Origin: Escherichia coli | Lineage (GTDB): Bacteria > Pseudomonadota > Gammaproteobacteria > Enterobacterales > Enterobacteriaceae | Strand: one strand, 5' to 3' | Assembly: GCF_003334815.1 (NCBI RefSeq) | Contig: NZ_QOWO01000013.1 | DNA length: 64,000 nt | In this document: piece after piece, positions 13,806-27,573 of the stretch | How the letters are laid out: the number at the start of each line of letters is the position of its first letter | How positions within the stretch are numbered: the first letter of the stretch is position 1 | Position numbers and translations under genes: made by a program | The notes under the pieces: model-generated | What the model saw: the letters and a program-made list of their open reading frames with translations, nothing else | Databases searched by the model: none | Told to the model about the DNA's origin: nothing

Positions 13806-14447
13806 ATGAAACCATATCAGCGCCAGTTTATTGAATTTGCGCTTAGCAAGCAGGTGTTAAAGTTTGGCGAGTTTACGCTGAAATCCGGGCGCAAAAGCCC
13901 CTATTTCTTCAACGCCGGGCTGTTTAATACCGGGCGCGATCTGGCACTGTTAGGCCGTTTTTACGCTGAAGCGTTGGTGGATTCCGGCATTGAGTTCGAT
14001 CTGCTGTTTGGCCCTGCTTACAAAGGGATCCCGATTGCCACCACAACCGCTGTGGCACTGGCGGAGCATCACGACCTGGACCTGCCGTACTGCTTTAACC
14101 GCAAAGAAGCAAAAGACCACGGTGAAGGCGGCAATCTGGTTGGTAGCGCGTTACAAGGACGCGTAATGCTGGTAGATGATGTGATCACCGCCGGAACGGC
14201 GATTCGCGAGTCGATGGAGATTATTCAGGCCAATGGCGCGACGCTTGCTGGCGTGTTGATTTCGCTCGATCGTCAGGAACGCGGGCGCGGCGAGATTTCG
14301 GCGATTCAGGAAGTTGAGCGTGATTACAACTGCAAAGTGATCTCTATCATCACCCTGAAAGACCTGATTGCTTACCTGGAAGAGAAGCCGGAAATGGCGG
14401 AACATCTGGCGGCGGTTAAGGCCTATCGCGAAGAGTTTGGCGTTTAA
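13806..14447 (+). CDS. pyrE: orotate phosphoribosyltransferase
   Basis: ORF track 13791..14447; conserved start [13 protein letters not shown] at ATG 13806 (213 aa); PRPP-binding motif [13 protein letters not shown]. Confidence 0.95.
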
Positions 14448-14483
14448 AGAAACTCGCCGGATGAAAAGTCATCCGGCGTCATA

Positions 14484-15080
14484 TTACTGCAACTGTGCCG
14501 CAATTAGCGGCCAGCGGGCGTCAAAATCATCCGTCGGGCGGTATTTAAATTCGCTGCGGACAAAACGTGACAGCATACCTTCACAGAAGGCCAGGATCTG
14601 GCTTGCCAGCAGGGTTTCATCGGTGGTGTAACCTTCACCCTCACGCATTCTCTTTTCACGCAATACCTGGCGCAGCTGCGCTTCAATACGCTCGAACAGC
14701 TGGTTGATGCGCCCTTGCAGGCGATCCTGTTCAAACATTAGCGCATGACCAGTGAGGATGCGGGTCAGGCCAGGATTACGCTCACCAAAACCGAGAAGCA
14801 GCAACACAATCAGACGCAGGCGCGCTGTGGTGTCTTTCTCATCTTTCAGAATCAGGTTGATGCGAGTAATCAGGCTATCTTCGATAAACTCAATCAGGCT
14901 ATCGAACATGCGGGTCTTACTGGGGAAGTGGCGATACAGTGCCGCTTCGGAAACGCCGACAGAGGCGGCCAGTTTTGCCGTCGTGATACGTTGGCTTCCA
15001 TCGCTGGATTCCAGCATCAGCGCCAGAGACTGAAGTATTTCCTCGCGACGGTTCCTTTTCGCAGTTTGTTTTTCTGCCAT
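14484..15080 (-). CDS. slmA: nucleoid occlusion factor SlmA (TetR family)
   Basis: ORF track 14484..15122; start [16 protein letters not shown] at ATG 15080 (198 aa). Confidence 0.92.
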
Positions 15081-15186
15081 GTTACAAAATACCCCTGAAA
15101 ATAAGCACTTGCCAGGCGGCACCCACGCTATGACCGCAAACGAAATGTTTGCGGCTATGTTATGACGTTATTCGGATGCGTATGTG

Positions 15187-15645
15187 CTACTGACGACCAG
15201 AGTGACCAAAGCCGCCTTCACCGCGGTCGGTGGCGTCGAAATCTTCCACCAGATTAAATTCAGCCTGTACTACCGGAACAAAAATCATCTGGGCGATGCG
15301 TTCGCCAGGTTGAATGGTGAAGCTGTCCTGACCACGGTTCCACACGGAAATCATCAACTGGCCCTGATAGTCAGAATCGATCAATCCTACCAGGTTACCA
15401 AGCACGATACCGTGCTTATGTCCCAATCCGGAGCGCGGCAGCATCATTGCCGCCAGTGAAGGATCGGCAATATGAATCGCCAGCCCGGTCGGAACCAGCG
15501 TAGTGTCACCCGGAGCCAGTTCTACGGCGTCGTTGAGACAGGCACGCAGGTCAAGTCCGGCAGAGCCAGAGGTGGCATAAGTCGGGAGCGGAAATTCCTT
15601 CCCAACGCGCGGGTCCAGAATCTTAACGTCGATTTTTTTCATCAT
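15187..15645 (-). CDS. dut: dUTP diphosphatase
   Basis: ORF track 152 aa [11 protein letters not shown]...; second ATG at 15642 equally possible. Confidence 0.93.
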
Positions 15646-16843
15646 AACGGGTCACGATCTCGTCGAGTAATAATTGGCCAAGGAGCTCTTTGCGCTCAAG
15701 CGGTAAGACTTTATCTCCGTCCTGCCAGAAAAGGTGTAATGCGTTGTTGTCGCTGTTAAATCCTTGAGTTGGCTGGGAAACATCGTTCGCGCAGATCAGA
15801 TCAAGGTTTTTACGGATACGTTTTTGCCGGGCGTATTCTTCCACATTATTTGTTTCGGCGGCAAATCCAACGACGTAGGGTCGATGGTCTTTTAGTGCGG
15901 CAACGCCTGCGACGATATCGGGGTTTTTAACCATTTTTATTGTTAATTCATCACCCTGCGTGGCCTGCTTTTTGATTTTCTCTGGGGCCACGGTAGCTGC
16001 GCGATAATCCGCCACGGCGGCGCAGCCGATAAAAATATTTTGCTGCTGTACAGAAGCATTCACGGCGGCTTCCATTTCCAGCGCGGTCATCACATCAACA
16101 CGTTTAACAAACGGTGGCGTCGGTAGTGAAACCGGACCTGATACCAGCGTGACGTTCGCGCCACGACGGGCAGCGGCGGCGGCGATAGCAAAACCCATCT
16201 TGCCGGAGCTGTGATTAGAGATATAACGCACCGGATCGAGCGGTTCACGCGTCGGGCCGGCGGTAATCATAATGTTCAGATGTTTCAGGTCGTTGACGGG
16301 CGAAAAATGCGCTACCGCCATATCCACAATGGTTAACGGATCGAGCATTCGCCCAGGACCGATATCACCACAAGCCTGACTGCCACTGTCTGGCCCCCAG
16401 ATGAGCAAACCACGGGAAGCAAGCACCTCTAAATTATGCTGCGTGGCAGCGGCACGGTACATCTGCTGGTTCATGGCGGGGAGCACGGCTACAGGCGCAG
16501 GTGTAGCCAGACAAATCGTCGATACCAGGTCATTCGCCATTCCGGCAGCAACACGGGCAATCAAATCTGCCGTGGCAGGGGCGAGAATCACTAAATCAGC
16601 CCATTTACCCAGCTCAATATGGCCCATAGCGGCTTCGGCTGCCGGGTCCAGCAGACTGTCGGAAACGGGATAACCAGAAACCGCCTGCAAGCTAAGTGGG
16701 GTGATAAAGGCTTTTGCCGCTTCGGTCATGGCTACGCGGACGTCGGCCCCGCGATCGCGCAAACGACGCACCAGTTCAGGGGTTTTATAGGCAGCAATAC
16801 CGCCGCTAACGCCGAGAACGATTTTTTTACCGGCCAGGCTCAT
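15623..16843 (-). CDS. coaBC: bifunctional phosphopantothenoylcysteine decarboxylase/synthetase CoaBC (Dfp)
   Basis: ORF track 15623..16915; conserved start [20 protein letters not shown] at ATG 16843 (406 aa); 3' end overlaps dut start by 23 nt. Confidence 0.92.
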
Positions 16844-17014
16844 GATGATTTTTCCTGTAGGGTGACACCAGAAGTTGGCGATTTTATCACAATACTTTTG
16901 TTGTCGTGCCTTCACCTGAGATTCACTTTGCGAGGCGCTTTCCAGGATTGAAAACTGGCCGTCGATTTAACGAAACGGCTATGACAGGATGCGAGCACCA
17001 CAAAGGAGGTGAAG

Positions 17015-17683
17015 GTGAAAAACAATTCACAGCTGTTGATGTCGCGCGAAAAAATGCTGAAGTTTGGTATTAGCGCCTTAACGGATGTCGAGCTGCTGGC
17101 GCTATTTCTGCGTACCGGAACGCGCGGTAAAGATGTATTAACCCTGGCAAAAGAGATGCTGGAGAATTTCGGCTCTCTTTATGGCTTGTTAACCTCTGAA
17201 TATGAACAATTTAGTGGCGTTCATGGAATTGGCGTGGCGAAATTTGCCCAGTTAAAGGGGATTGCTGAACTGGCGCGGCGTTACTACAACGTGCGGATGC
17301 GTGAAGAAAGCCCTTTACTCAGCCCGGAGATGACGAGGGAATTTTTACAAAGCCAGCTCACGGGTGAGGAGCGGGAGATCTTTATGGTGATCTTTCTCGA
17401 CTCCCAACACCGGGTTATAACGCATAGGCGTCTTTTTTCCGGCACGCTAAACCATGTTGAAGTCCATCCTCGGGAAATTATCCGCGAAGCGATAAAAATA
17501 AACGCCTCGGCGCTGATCCTTGCACATAATCACCCTTCGGGTTGTGCTGAACCCAGTAAAGCGGATAAACTCATTACTGAACGGATAATAAAGAGTTGTC
17601 AGTTCATGGATTTACGCGTGCTCGACCATATCGTGATTGGGCGTGGAGAGTATGTTTCTTTTGCCGAACGCGGCTGGATTTAA
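17015..17683 (+). CDS. yicR: RadC-like JAB-domain protein YicR (UPF0758)
   Basis: ORF track 17009..17683 (GTG); second GTG 17015 lies 6 nt after AAGGAGG; JAMM-like HNHPSG motif. Confidence 0.85.
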   Translation: MKNNSQLLMSREKMLKFGISALTDVELLALFLRTGTRGKDVLTLAKEMLENFGSLYGLLTSEYEQFSGVHGIGVAKFAQLKGIAELARRYYNVRMREESPLLSPEMTREFLQSQLTGEEREIFMVIFLDSQHRVITHRRLFSGTLNHVEVHPREIIREAIKINASALILAHNHPSGCAEPSKADKLITERIIKSCQFMDLRVLDHIVIGRGEYVSFAERGWI

Positions 17684-17878
17684 CCCGCTATGCGCGATCC
17701 TTCGGGATCTTTGTCTGTTCGGGACTTGAGCACATCGCTGAGTCAGCGTATACTACGCCACCTTTGAGAATCTCGGGTTTGGCATTTGGGCCTGGCAATC
17801 GAGAGTTCACATAGAACTGCGATGACCGGGCTGTAAAGCCTGACGAGGCGCCAATACCCCATACGAAGCTCGAGCTAA

Positions 17879-18136
<258 letters not shown>

Positions 18137-18153
18137 GTACTTAGAGGAAATAA

Positions 18154-18324
<171 letters not shown>

Positions 18325-18346
18325 TTCTCGCTTTGATGTAACAAAA

Positions 18347-18372
18347 AACCTCGCTCCGGCGGGGTTTTTTGT
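18347..18372 (+). terminator. intrinsic terminator of rpmB-rpmG operon
   Basis: AACCTCGC-tccg-GCGGGGTT hairpin followed by TTTTTTGTT. Confidence 0.65.
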
Positions 18373-18421
18373 TATCTGCTTGCCCCCATATTGACTGCAT
18401 CTGTTCATTCCTGGAGATGCT

Positions 18422-19231
18422 ATGCCTGAATTACCCGAAGTTGAAACCAGCCGCCGCGGCATAGAACCGCATCTCGTTGGTGCAACCATTCTTCATGCAG
18501 TGGTGCGCAACGGACGCTTGCGCTGGCCGGTTTCAGAAGAGATCTACCGTTTAAGCGACCAACCAGTGCTTAGCGTGCAGCGGCGGGCTAAATATCTGCT
18601 GCTGGAGCTGCCTGAGGGCTGGATTATCATTCATTTAGGGATGTCTGGCAGCCTGCGCATCCTTCCAGAAGAACTTCCCCCTGAAAAGCATGACCATGTG
18701 GATTTGGTGATGAGCAACGGCAAAGTGCTGCGCTACACCGATCCGCGCCGCTTTGGTGCCTGGCTGTGGACCAAAGAGCTGGAAGGGCATAATGTGCTGA
18801 CCCATCTTGGACCGGAGCCGCTTAGCGACGATTTCAATGGTGAGTATCTGCATCAGAAGTGCGCGAAGAAAAAAACGGCGATTAAACCGTGGCTGATGGA
18901 TAACAAGCTGGTGGTAGGGGTAGGGAATATCTATGCCAGCGAATCACTGTTTGCGGCGGGGATCCATCCGGATCGGCTGGCGTCATCACTGTCGCTGGCA
19001 GAGTGTGAATTGTTAGCTCGGGTGATTAAAGCGGTGTTGCTGCGTTCGATTGAGCAGGGTGGTACAACGCTGAAAGATTTTCTGCAAAGTGATGGTAAAC
19101 CGGGCTATTTCGCTCAGGAATTGCAGGTTTACGGGCGAAAAGGTGAGCCGTGTCGGGTGTGCGGTACGCCGATTGTGGCGACTAAACATGCGCAGCGGGC
19201 AACGTTTTATTGTCGGCAGTGCCAGAAGTAA
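18422..19231 (+). CDS. mutM: formamidopyrimidine-DNA glycosylase (Fpg/MutM)
   Basis: ORF track 269 aa; N-terminal MPELPEVE and C-terminal zinc finger CRVCGTPI...CRQC. Confidence 0.95.
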
Positions 19232-19240
19232 TTCATGCGC

Positions 19241-19262
19241 GCCGGATGGCATACCATCCGGC
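19241..19262. terminator. perfect 9-bp hairpin between convergent mutM and coaD (possible bidirectional terminator)
   Basis: GCCGGATGG-cata-CCATCCGGC; no flanking T-run, so function uncertain. Confidence 0.4.
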
Positions 19263-19269
19263 ATAAACG

Positions 19270-21034
<1,765 letters not shown>

Positions 21035-21379
21035 AGTAAATAGCTGACTTATGGATGTGCTGGGGATTCTATGTATTTAGCTGTGGCTTTACCATTACTT
21101 TTCCCGTTTTTGACTTAAATAGCTTCAGTTTGGTCTGATCTGCCGCTACATCTTCTTTTTTTTGTATTTTTATGCGATTCATTGAAACTCGGCCCCATTT
21201 TCAAATCTACATAGGCCGTACTGACATTATCGAAATGCTATTTTTTATCTATTTGATTTTTATGATTAAAGTATATTTTGTGTATAAAAATCATTCGGGT
21301 CGGATTGCTGCGAAAGAAATGATACACTAGCACGTCAAAGTAAGTGCGTTATCAGTATTCAGGTAGCTGTTGAGCCTGG

Positions 21380-21391
21380 GGCGGTAGCGTG
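21380..21391 (+). promoter_or_regulatory. ops element (GGCGGTAGCGTG) in the JUMPstart-like leader of the waaQ operon
   Basis: Exact 12-nt ops consensus on the coding-sense strand, 48 nt upstream of the waaQ GTG. Confidence 0.8.
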
Positions 21392-21438
21392 CTTTATTCT
21401 GCTTAACTTAACCAGACAATCACACAAAAGAGTCGCTA

Positions 21439-22509
21439 GTGGAAAAGCCATTTCGAAAAATCCTGGTCATAAAGATGCGATATCATGGGGATATGTTATT
21501 AACTACTCCTGTCATCAGTACGCTCAAGCAGAATTATCCTGATGCAAAAATCGATATGCTGCTTTATCAGGACACCATCCCTATTTTGTCTGAAAACCCG
21601 GAAATTAATGCGCTCTATGGGATAAGCAATAAAGGTGCGGGAACTTTCGATAAAATTAAAAATGTGCTTTCGTTGATAAAAACTCTGCGTGCGAATAATT
21701 ATGACCTGGTCATTAATCTTACGGATCAGTGGATGGTGGCGCTGCTGGTACGTTGTTTACCTGCACGGATGAAAATATCGCAACTTTATGGTCATCGGCA
21801 GCATGGTATTTGGAAAAAAAGCTTCACACACTTAGCGCCAATACACGGTACACATATTGTTGAGCGTAATTTATCGGTCCTTGAGCCATTAGGTATTACC
21901 GATTTCTACACCGACACAACAATGAGTTACGCCGAAGATTGCTGGAAGAAGATGCGCCGGGAATTAGATGCCCTGGGCGTAAAAGATCATTATGTTGTCA
22001 TCCAACCGACAGCGCGTCAGATATTTAAGTGTTGGGATAACGATAAATTTTCTAAGGTTATCGATGCGCTGCAACAGCGAGGCTATCAGGTTGTGCTAAC
22101 CTGTGGGCCCTCGGCAGATGATCTCGCTTGTGTAGATGAGATTGCACGAGGTTGCGAAACAAAACCCATTACTGGCCTTGCAGGTAAAACACGTTTTCCT
22201 GAACTGGGTGCATTAATTGATCATGCAGTGCTTTTTATTGGTGTGGATTCTGCGCCGGGACATATTGCAGCGGCAGTGAAAACGCCAGTCATTAGTCTAT
22301 TTGGTGCAACGGATCACGTATTCTGGCGTCCCTGGACCGAGAATATTATTCAATTCTGGGCGGGGAATTATCAGAAAATGCCGACCCGGCATGAACTTGA
22401 CCGCAACAAAAAATATCTTTCTGTTATCCCAGCGGAGGATGTGATCGCCGCTACGGAAAAGCTGTTGCCAGAAGATGCCCCTTCAGCTGACAGGAATGCA
22501 CAATTATGA
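21439..22509 (+). CDS. waaQ: LPS heptosyltransferase III WaaQ (GT9)
   Basis: ORF track 356 aa from GTG 21439; first in-frame ATG is 21475 (344 aa), see findings. Confidence 0.88.
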   Translation: MEKPFRKILVIKMRYHGDMLLTTPVISTLKQNYPDAKIDMLLYQDTIPILSENPEINALYGISNKGAGTFDKIKNVLSLIKTLRANNYDLVINLTDQWMVALLVRCLPARMKISQLYGHRQHGIWKKSFTHLAPIHGTHIVERNLSVLEPLGITDFYTDTTMSYAEDCWKKMRRELDALGVKDHYVVIQPTARQIFKCWDNDKFSKVIDALQQRGYQVVLTCGPSADDLACVDEIARGCETKPITGLAGKTRFPELGALIDHAVLFIGVDSAPGHIAAAVKTPVISLFGATDHVFWRPWTENIIQFWAGNYQKMPTRHELDRNKKYLSVIPAEDVIAATEKLLPEDAPSADRNAQL

Positions 22510-23630
22510 TCGTGGCGTTTTGTTTATATAAATATTTTCCATTTGGTGGGCTTCAACGTGACTTTATGCGCATTGCATCAACAGTTGCCGCACGGGGCCA
22601 CCATGTTCGGGTATATACACAGTCGTGGGAAGGCGATTGCCCGAAAGCATTTGAGCTTATTCAGGTGCCAGTTAAGTCCCATACCAACCATGGACGCAAT
22701 GCAGAATATTATGCCTGGGTACAAAATCATCTCAAAGAGCATCCCGCAGATCGCGTTGTTGGGTTTAATAAGATGCCTGGCCTGGATGTTTATTTTGCCG
22801 CTGATGTTTGTTACGCCGAGAAAGTTGCGCAAGAAAAAGGTTTTTTATATCGTTTAACATCACGATATCGCCATTATGCCGCATTTGAGCGAGCGACTTT
22901 CGAGCAGGGTAAATCGACGAAACTTATGATGCTGACCGATAAGCAAATCGCCGATTTCCAGAAGCATTATCAAACTGAACCTGAACGTTTTCAAATTCTT
23001 CCTCCCGGTATTTATCCGGACAGAAAATACAGTGAGCAAATCCCAAACAGCCGTGAAATTTATCGCCAGAAAAATGGCATAAAAGAGCAACAAAACTTAT
23101 TACTGCAGGTTGGATCAGATTTTGGCCGTAAAGGTGTAGATCGCTCAATTGAAGCTTTGGCATCGTTACCGGAATCATTACGTCACAATACGCTTTTATT
23201 TGTTGTTGGTCAGGATAAGCCGCGAAAATTTGAAGCGCTGGCAGAAAAACTCGGCGTGCGGAGCAATGTGCATTTCTTCTCCGGTCGCAATGATGTGTCA
23301 GAATTAATGGCAGCCGCTGATTTATTACTGCATCCCGCTTATCAGGAAGCCGCGGGTATCGTTCTTCTAGAAGCGATCACTGCTGGGTTACCTGTTTTAA
23401 CAACAGCGGTATGTGGGTACGCGCATTATATTGCGGATGCCAATTGTGGAACGGTCATCGCTGAACCTTTCTCTCAGGAACAATTAAATGAAGTTTTACG
23501 TAAAGCGTTAACTCAGTCGCCATTGCGAATGGCCTGGGCGGAGAATGCTCGCCATTATGCCGATACTCAGGATTTGTATAGCTTGCCAGAAAAAGCCGCG
23601 GATATCATTACAGGTGGTTTAGATGGTTGA
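22506..23630 (+). CDS. waaG: LPS glucosyltransferase I WaaG (GT4)
   Basis: ORF track 374 aa; start overlaps waaQ stop (ATGA). Confidence 0.94.
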   Translation: MIVAFCLYKYFPFGGLQRDFMRIASTVAARGHHVRVYTQSWEGDCPKAFELIQVPVKSHTNHGRNAEYYAWVQNHLKEHPADRVVGFNKMPGLDVYFAADVCYAEKVAQEKGFLYRLTSRYRHYAAFERATFEQGKSTKLMMLTDKQIADFQKHYQTEPERFQILPPGIYPDRKYSEQIPNSREIYRQKNGIKEQQNLLLQVGSDFGRKGVDRSIEALASLPESLRHNTLLFVVGQDKPRKFEALAEKLGVRSNVHFFSGRNDVSELMAAADLLLHPAYQEAAGIVLLEAITAGLPVLTTAVCGYAHYIADANCGTVIAEPFSQEQLNEVLRKALTQSPLRMAWAENARHYADTQDLYSLPEKAADIITGGLDG

Positions 23631-24420
23631 ATTAAAAGAGCCGCTTGCCACACTTTGGCGTGGTAAAGATGCTTTTGCAGAGGTCAAAAAACTGAACGGC
23701 GAGGTCTTTCGTGAACTGGAGACTCGTCGTACATTACGCTTTGAACTGTCCGGGAAAAGCTATTTTCTTAAATGGCACAAGGGGACGACATTAAAAGAGA
23801 TTATAAAAAATCTACTCTCATTGCGGATGCCCGTTTTGGGCGCAGACAGAGAGTGGCACGCTATTCATCGCCTGAGTGATGTTGGCGTTGATACAATGAA
23901 GGGCATTGGGTTTGGCGAAAAAGGGTTAAATCCATTAACTCGCGCATCATTTATTATTACCGAAGATCTCACTCCCACAATTAGCCTTGAAGATTATTGT
24001 GCCGATTGGGCAGTCAACCCGCCTGATATACGTGTTAAGCGTATGCTGATCGCACGTGTAGCAACTATGGTGCGTAAAATGCATACTGCAGGGATAAATC
24101 ACCGCGACTGTTACATTTGCCACTTTTTGCTTCATTTGCCATTTACTGGCCGGGAAGATGAATTAAAAATTTCAGTTATCGATCTGCATCGGGCACAGAT
24201 ACGTGCAAAAGTACCGCGCCGCTGGCGCGATAAAGACCTGATTGGTTTATATTTCTCATCAATGAATATTGGCCTGACGCAAAGAGATATCTGGCGATTT
24301 ATGAAGGTTTATTTTGGGATGCCTTTACGCAAAATATTGTCTCTTGAACAGAATTTATTGAACATGGCAAGCGTTAAGGCCGAGCGTATTAAAGAGCGAA
24401 CACAACGCAAAGGATTATAA
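23623..24420 (+). CDS. waaP: LPS core heptose(I) kinase WaaP
   Basis: ORF track 265 aa; kinase-like motif [13 protein letters not shown]; overlaps waaG by 8 nt. Confidence 0.93.
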
Positions 24421-24456
24421 AAATATTTATTAGTATGTACTGGAACTAACTTTATT

Positions 24457-25392
24457 ATGACTATTTATTTTATAAATTGGGTTGCAGATTATGAATTAAA
24501 AATGATTCAGTACCTGAAAAAAAAGTACAAGATAAAAAATATAACAACACCAAAAAAATATAACTGGATTAATAAAAAAATATCAAAAATAGGGATGGAT
24601 AATGCATGGCTGGGGCGATTATTCATCAAGCATTACCTCAATGATATTAAAAAAGATGACATAATTATCATTAATGACAGTGTTGTTAATAAAGGTATCA
24701 ATAAACAAATATTAAAAAATATTAACTGTCATAAAGTTTTGCTTCTAAGAAATACTGTTGGCGAAGATTTTATTCTTGATAACGCGAATTATTTCGATAT
24801 TATATATGATTTTGAGCATAGATTTATAGGGAATGAAAAGATCAAGGCAATAGAACAATTTTTTCCTATAGGAATGGATGAAATTAGAAATTATAGTTTA
24901 TCTGACAAAAATAACAGCCAGCCAATATGTTTTTTCCTTGGTCGTGATAAAGGGCGTCTTCAAATAATTAATGAGTTAGCCGAGAGATTAACAACACTAG
25001 GATGTAAGCTAGATTTTAATGTTGTCAAAGATAAGACATCATCTACGACTTCAAAGTATTTGATTGAAAAACAAATATCTTATGAAGAGAATATTAGAAG
25101 AACATTAAATGCTAATATAATTGTTGATATAACCAAAGAAAACCAATCTGGCTGGACTCTTCGTATACTTGAGGCACTATTTTTCAATAAAAAATTAATT
25201 ACTAATAATATAAATGTATTTGGTTCAGAAATCTATAGTGAATCTCGCTTTTTTATAATAGGTCATGATGATTGGGATAAGTTAGAGTATTTTATTAACT
25301 CATCTGTTAAACCAATGGATTATGATAGTTTATATAAATTCAGTCCAGATAAAATGATGTCAACGATTGTTTCTGATTTTATAGACAAATAA
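24457..25392 (+). CDS. waaS: K-12-type LPS core biosynthesis protein WaaS (RfaS)
   Basis: ORF track 311 aa; very AT-rich, Lys/Asn/Ile-rich; position after waaP typical of the K-12 core type. Confidence 0.8.
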
Positions 25393-25435
25393 AACCGTTA
25401 AAACAGTGAGTTTTACTCAATTAATGAGAGTTTCT

Positions 25436-26515
25436 ATGAAAATAGCGTTTATCGGCGAAGCTGTTTCTGGATTTGGCGGCATGGAAACTGTCATCCGTGA
25501 TGTTATTACTACCTTCAGGCAACAACATATCCAAAGTGAAATGTTTTTCTTTTGTCGTAATGACAAAATGGATAAGGGATGGCTGGAAGGTATTAAATAC
25601 TCATGTTCATTTTCCAATATTCGTTTAGGTTTTTTGCGTCGGGCGAAACATATTCATGCTCTAAGTAAATGGCTTCAGGAGTACCAACCAGATATCGTTA
25701 TTTGTATTGATGTGATCTCCTGCCTGTTTGCCGCAAAAGCACGTAAAAAATCAGGAATTGATATGCCAGTATTTTCATGGCCACATTTTTCTTTAGATCA
25801 CAAAAAACATGCTGAATATATCACCTGTGCCGACTATCATTTAGCAATCAGCTCTGGCATTAAACAGCAAATGATTAATCGAGGTGTAGCAGAATCGACG
25901 ATAAATGTTATTTTTAATCCCGTCGAAACTAAAGACTCAGTCATTCCCGCGCCCGAGGAAGGTGAAACGGCAACGTTTATTTATGTTGGGCGTATGAAAT
26001 TTGAAGGCCAGAAAAGAGTTAAAGACCTGCTTGATGGCTTATCACAAGCGAAAGGTAACTGGAAACTCCATGTATTGGGTGATGGCTCCGATTTCGAAAA
26101 ATGCCAGGCTTATGGTAGAGAATTAAATATTGATGATCGAATTGTCTGGTATGGTTGGCAACAATATCCCTGGGAATTGGTCCAGCAAGATATTGAAAAA
26201 GTGAGTGCGTTATTGCTCACGTCATCTTTTGAAGGTTTCCCAATGACCCTACTTGAAGCCTTGTCGTGGGGGATTCCTTGTATCAGTGCCGATTGTGTCT
26301 CCGGGCCTGCTGACATTATTCAACCTGATGTCAATGGCCATCTGTATCAACCGGGAGATATTGCTGGTTTTGTAACTCTTCTAAATAAATATATAGCAGG
26401 TGAAATTCATATCGAACATGAAAAAATTCCTGCGTCGATCGATGAATTTTACCAATCGAAGTATTACGATAGATTACATAAGGTAATTATTTCTGCTATT
26501 TCCCGGAGGAAATAA
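25436..26515 (+). CDS. waaB: LPS alpha-1,6-galactosyltransferase WaaB (GT4)
   Basis: ORF track 25406..26515 (GTG); conserved start MKIAFIGEAVSGFGGMETV at ATG 25436 (359 aa). Confidence 0.88.
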   Translation: MKIAFIGEAVSGFGGMETVIRDVITTFRQQHIQSEMFFFCRNDKMDKGWLEGIKYSCSFSNIRLGFLRRAKHIHALSKWLQEYQPDIVICIDVISCLFAAKARKKSGIDMPVFSWPHFSLDHKKHAEYITCADYHLAISSGIKQQMINRGVAESTINVIFNPVETKDSVIPAPEEGETATFIYVGRMKFEGQKRVKDLLDGLSQAKGNWKLHVLGDGSDFEKCQAYGRELNIDDRIVWYGWQQYPWELVQQDIEKVSALLLTSSFEGFPMTLLEALSWGIPCISADCVSGPADIIQPDVNGHLYQPGDIAGFVTLLNKYIAGEIHIEHEKIPASIDEFYQSKYYDRLHKVIISAISRRK

Positions 26516-27534
26516 TGCAGCAGGTGTTTTTCCAGGAAACTGAGTTTCTTAATTCAGTTATTGATTATGATCATAAAGTAGAAACAGAAAATCTTTGTCT
26601 GGACATCGCTTATGGAACTGACAAAAACTTTCTATTTGGTTGCGGAATTTCGATTGCTTCAATATTAAAATATAATGAAGGAAGTCGATTGTGTTTCCAT
26701 ATTTTTACTGATTATTTTGGTGATGATGATCGTAAGTATTTTGATGCCCTGGCGTTGCAGTATAAAACCAGAATTAAAATATATCTGATTAATGGTGATC
26801 GACTGCGCTCATTGCCTAGCACTAAGAATTGGACTCATGCAATATATTTTCGTTTTGTTATTGCAGATTACTTTATTAATAAGGCGCCTAAAGTCCTTTA
26901 TCTGGATGCAGATATCATTTGTCAGGGGACTATTGAGCCACTAATTAATTTCTCATTTCCTGACGATAAAGTCGCAATGGTTGTTACAGAAGGGCAAGCT
27001 GACTGGTGGGAAAAACGCGCCCATTCGTTAGGTGTTGCGGGAATTGCTAAAGGTTACTTTAACTCCGGTTTTTTATTGATTAATACTGCCCAATGGGCGG
27101 CTCAGCAGGTTTCTGCACGAGCTATTGCAATGCTAAATGAGCCAGAAATAATCAAAAAAATAACACATCCTGATCAGGATGTGTTAAATATGTTGCTGGC
27201 GGATAAACTTATTTTCGCTGATATTAAATATAACACCCAGTTCAGCTTAAATTATCAACTCAAAGAAAGCTTTATAAACCCAGTAACCAACGATACTATT
27301 TTTATCCATTATATCGGGCCAACCAAGCCCTGGCATGATTGGGCCTGGGATTATCCTGTATCACAAGCCTTTATGGAGGCAAAAAATGCTTCGCCATGGA
27401 AGAATACGGCGTTGCTGAAACCGAACAATAGCAATCAATTAAGATATAGCGCAAAACATATGCTTAAAAAGCATAGATATCTAAAAGGATTTAGCAACTA
27501 TCTTTTTTATTTTATTGAAAAGATAAAGCATTAA
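26515..27534 (+). CDS. waaO: LPS alpha-1,3-glucosyltransferase WaaO (RfaI; GT8)
   Basis: ORF track 339 aa; GT8 DxD region LYLDADIIC; start overlaps waaB stop (TAATG). Confidence 0.88.
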   Translation: MQQVFFQETEFLNSVIDYDHKVETENLCLDIAYGTDKNFLFGCGISIASILKYNEGSRLCFHIFTDYFGDDDRKYFDALALQYKTRIKIYLINGDRLRSLPSTKNWTHAIYFRFVIADYFINKAPKVLYLDADIICQGTIEPLINFSFPDDKVAMVVTEGQADWWEKRAHSLGVAGIAKGYFNSGFLLINTAQWAAQQVSARAIAMLNEPEIIKKITHPDQDVLNMLLADKLIFADIKYNTQFSLNYQLKESFINPVTNDTIFIHYIGPTKPWHDWAWDYPVSQAFMEAKNASPWKNTALLKPNNSNQLRYSAKHMLKKHRYLKGFSNYLFYFIEKIKH

Positions 27535-27573
27535 AACTGGGAAACTATAAAGTAATGATATAAGGGTAGCATT

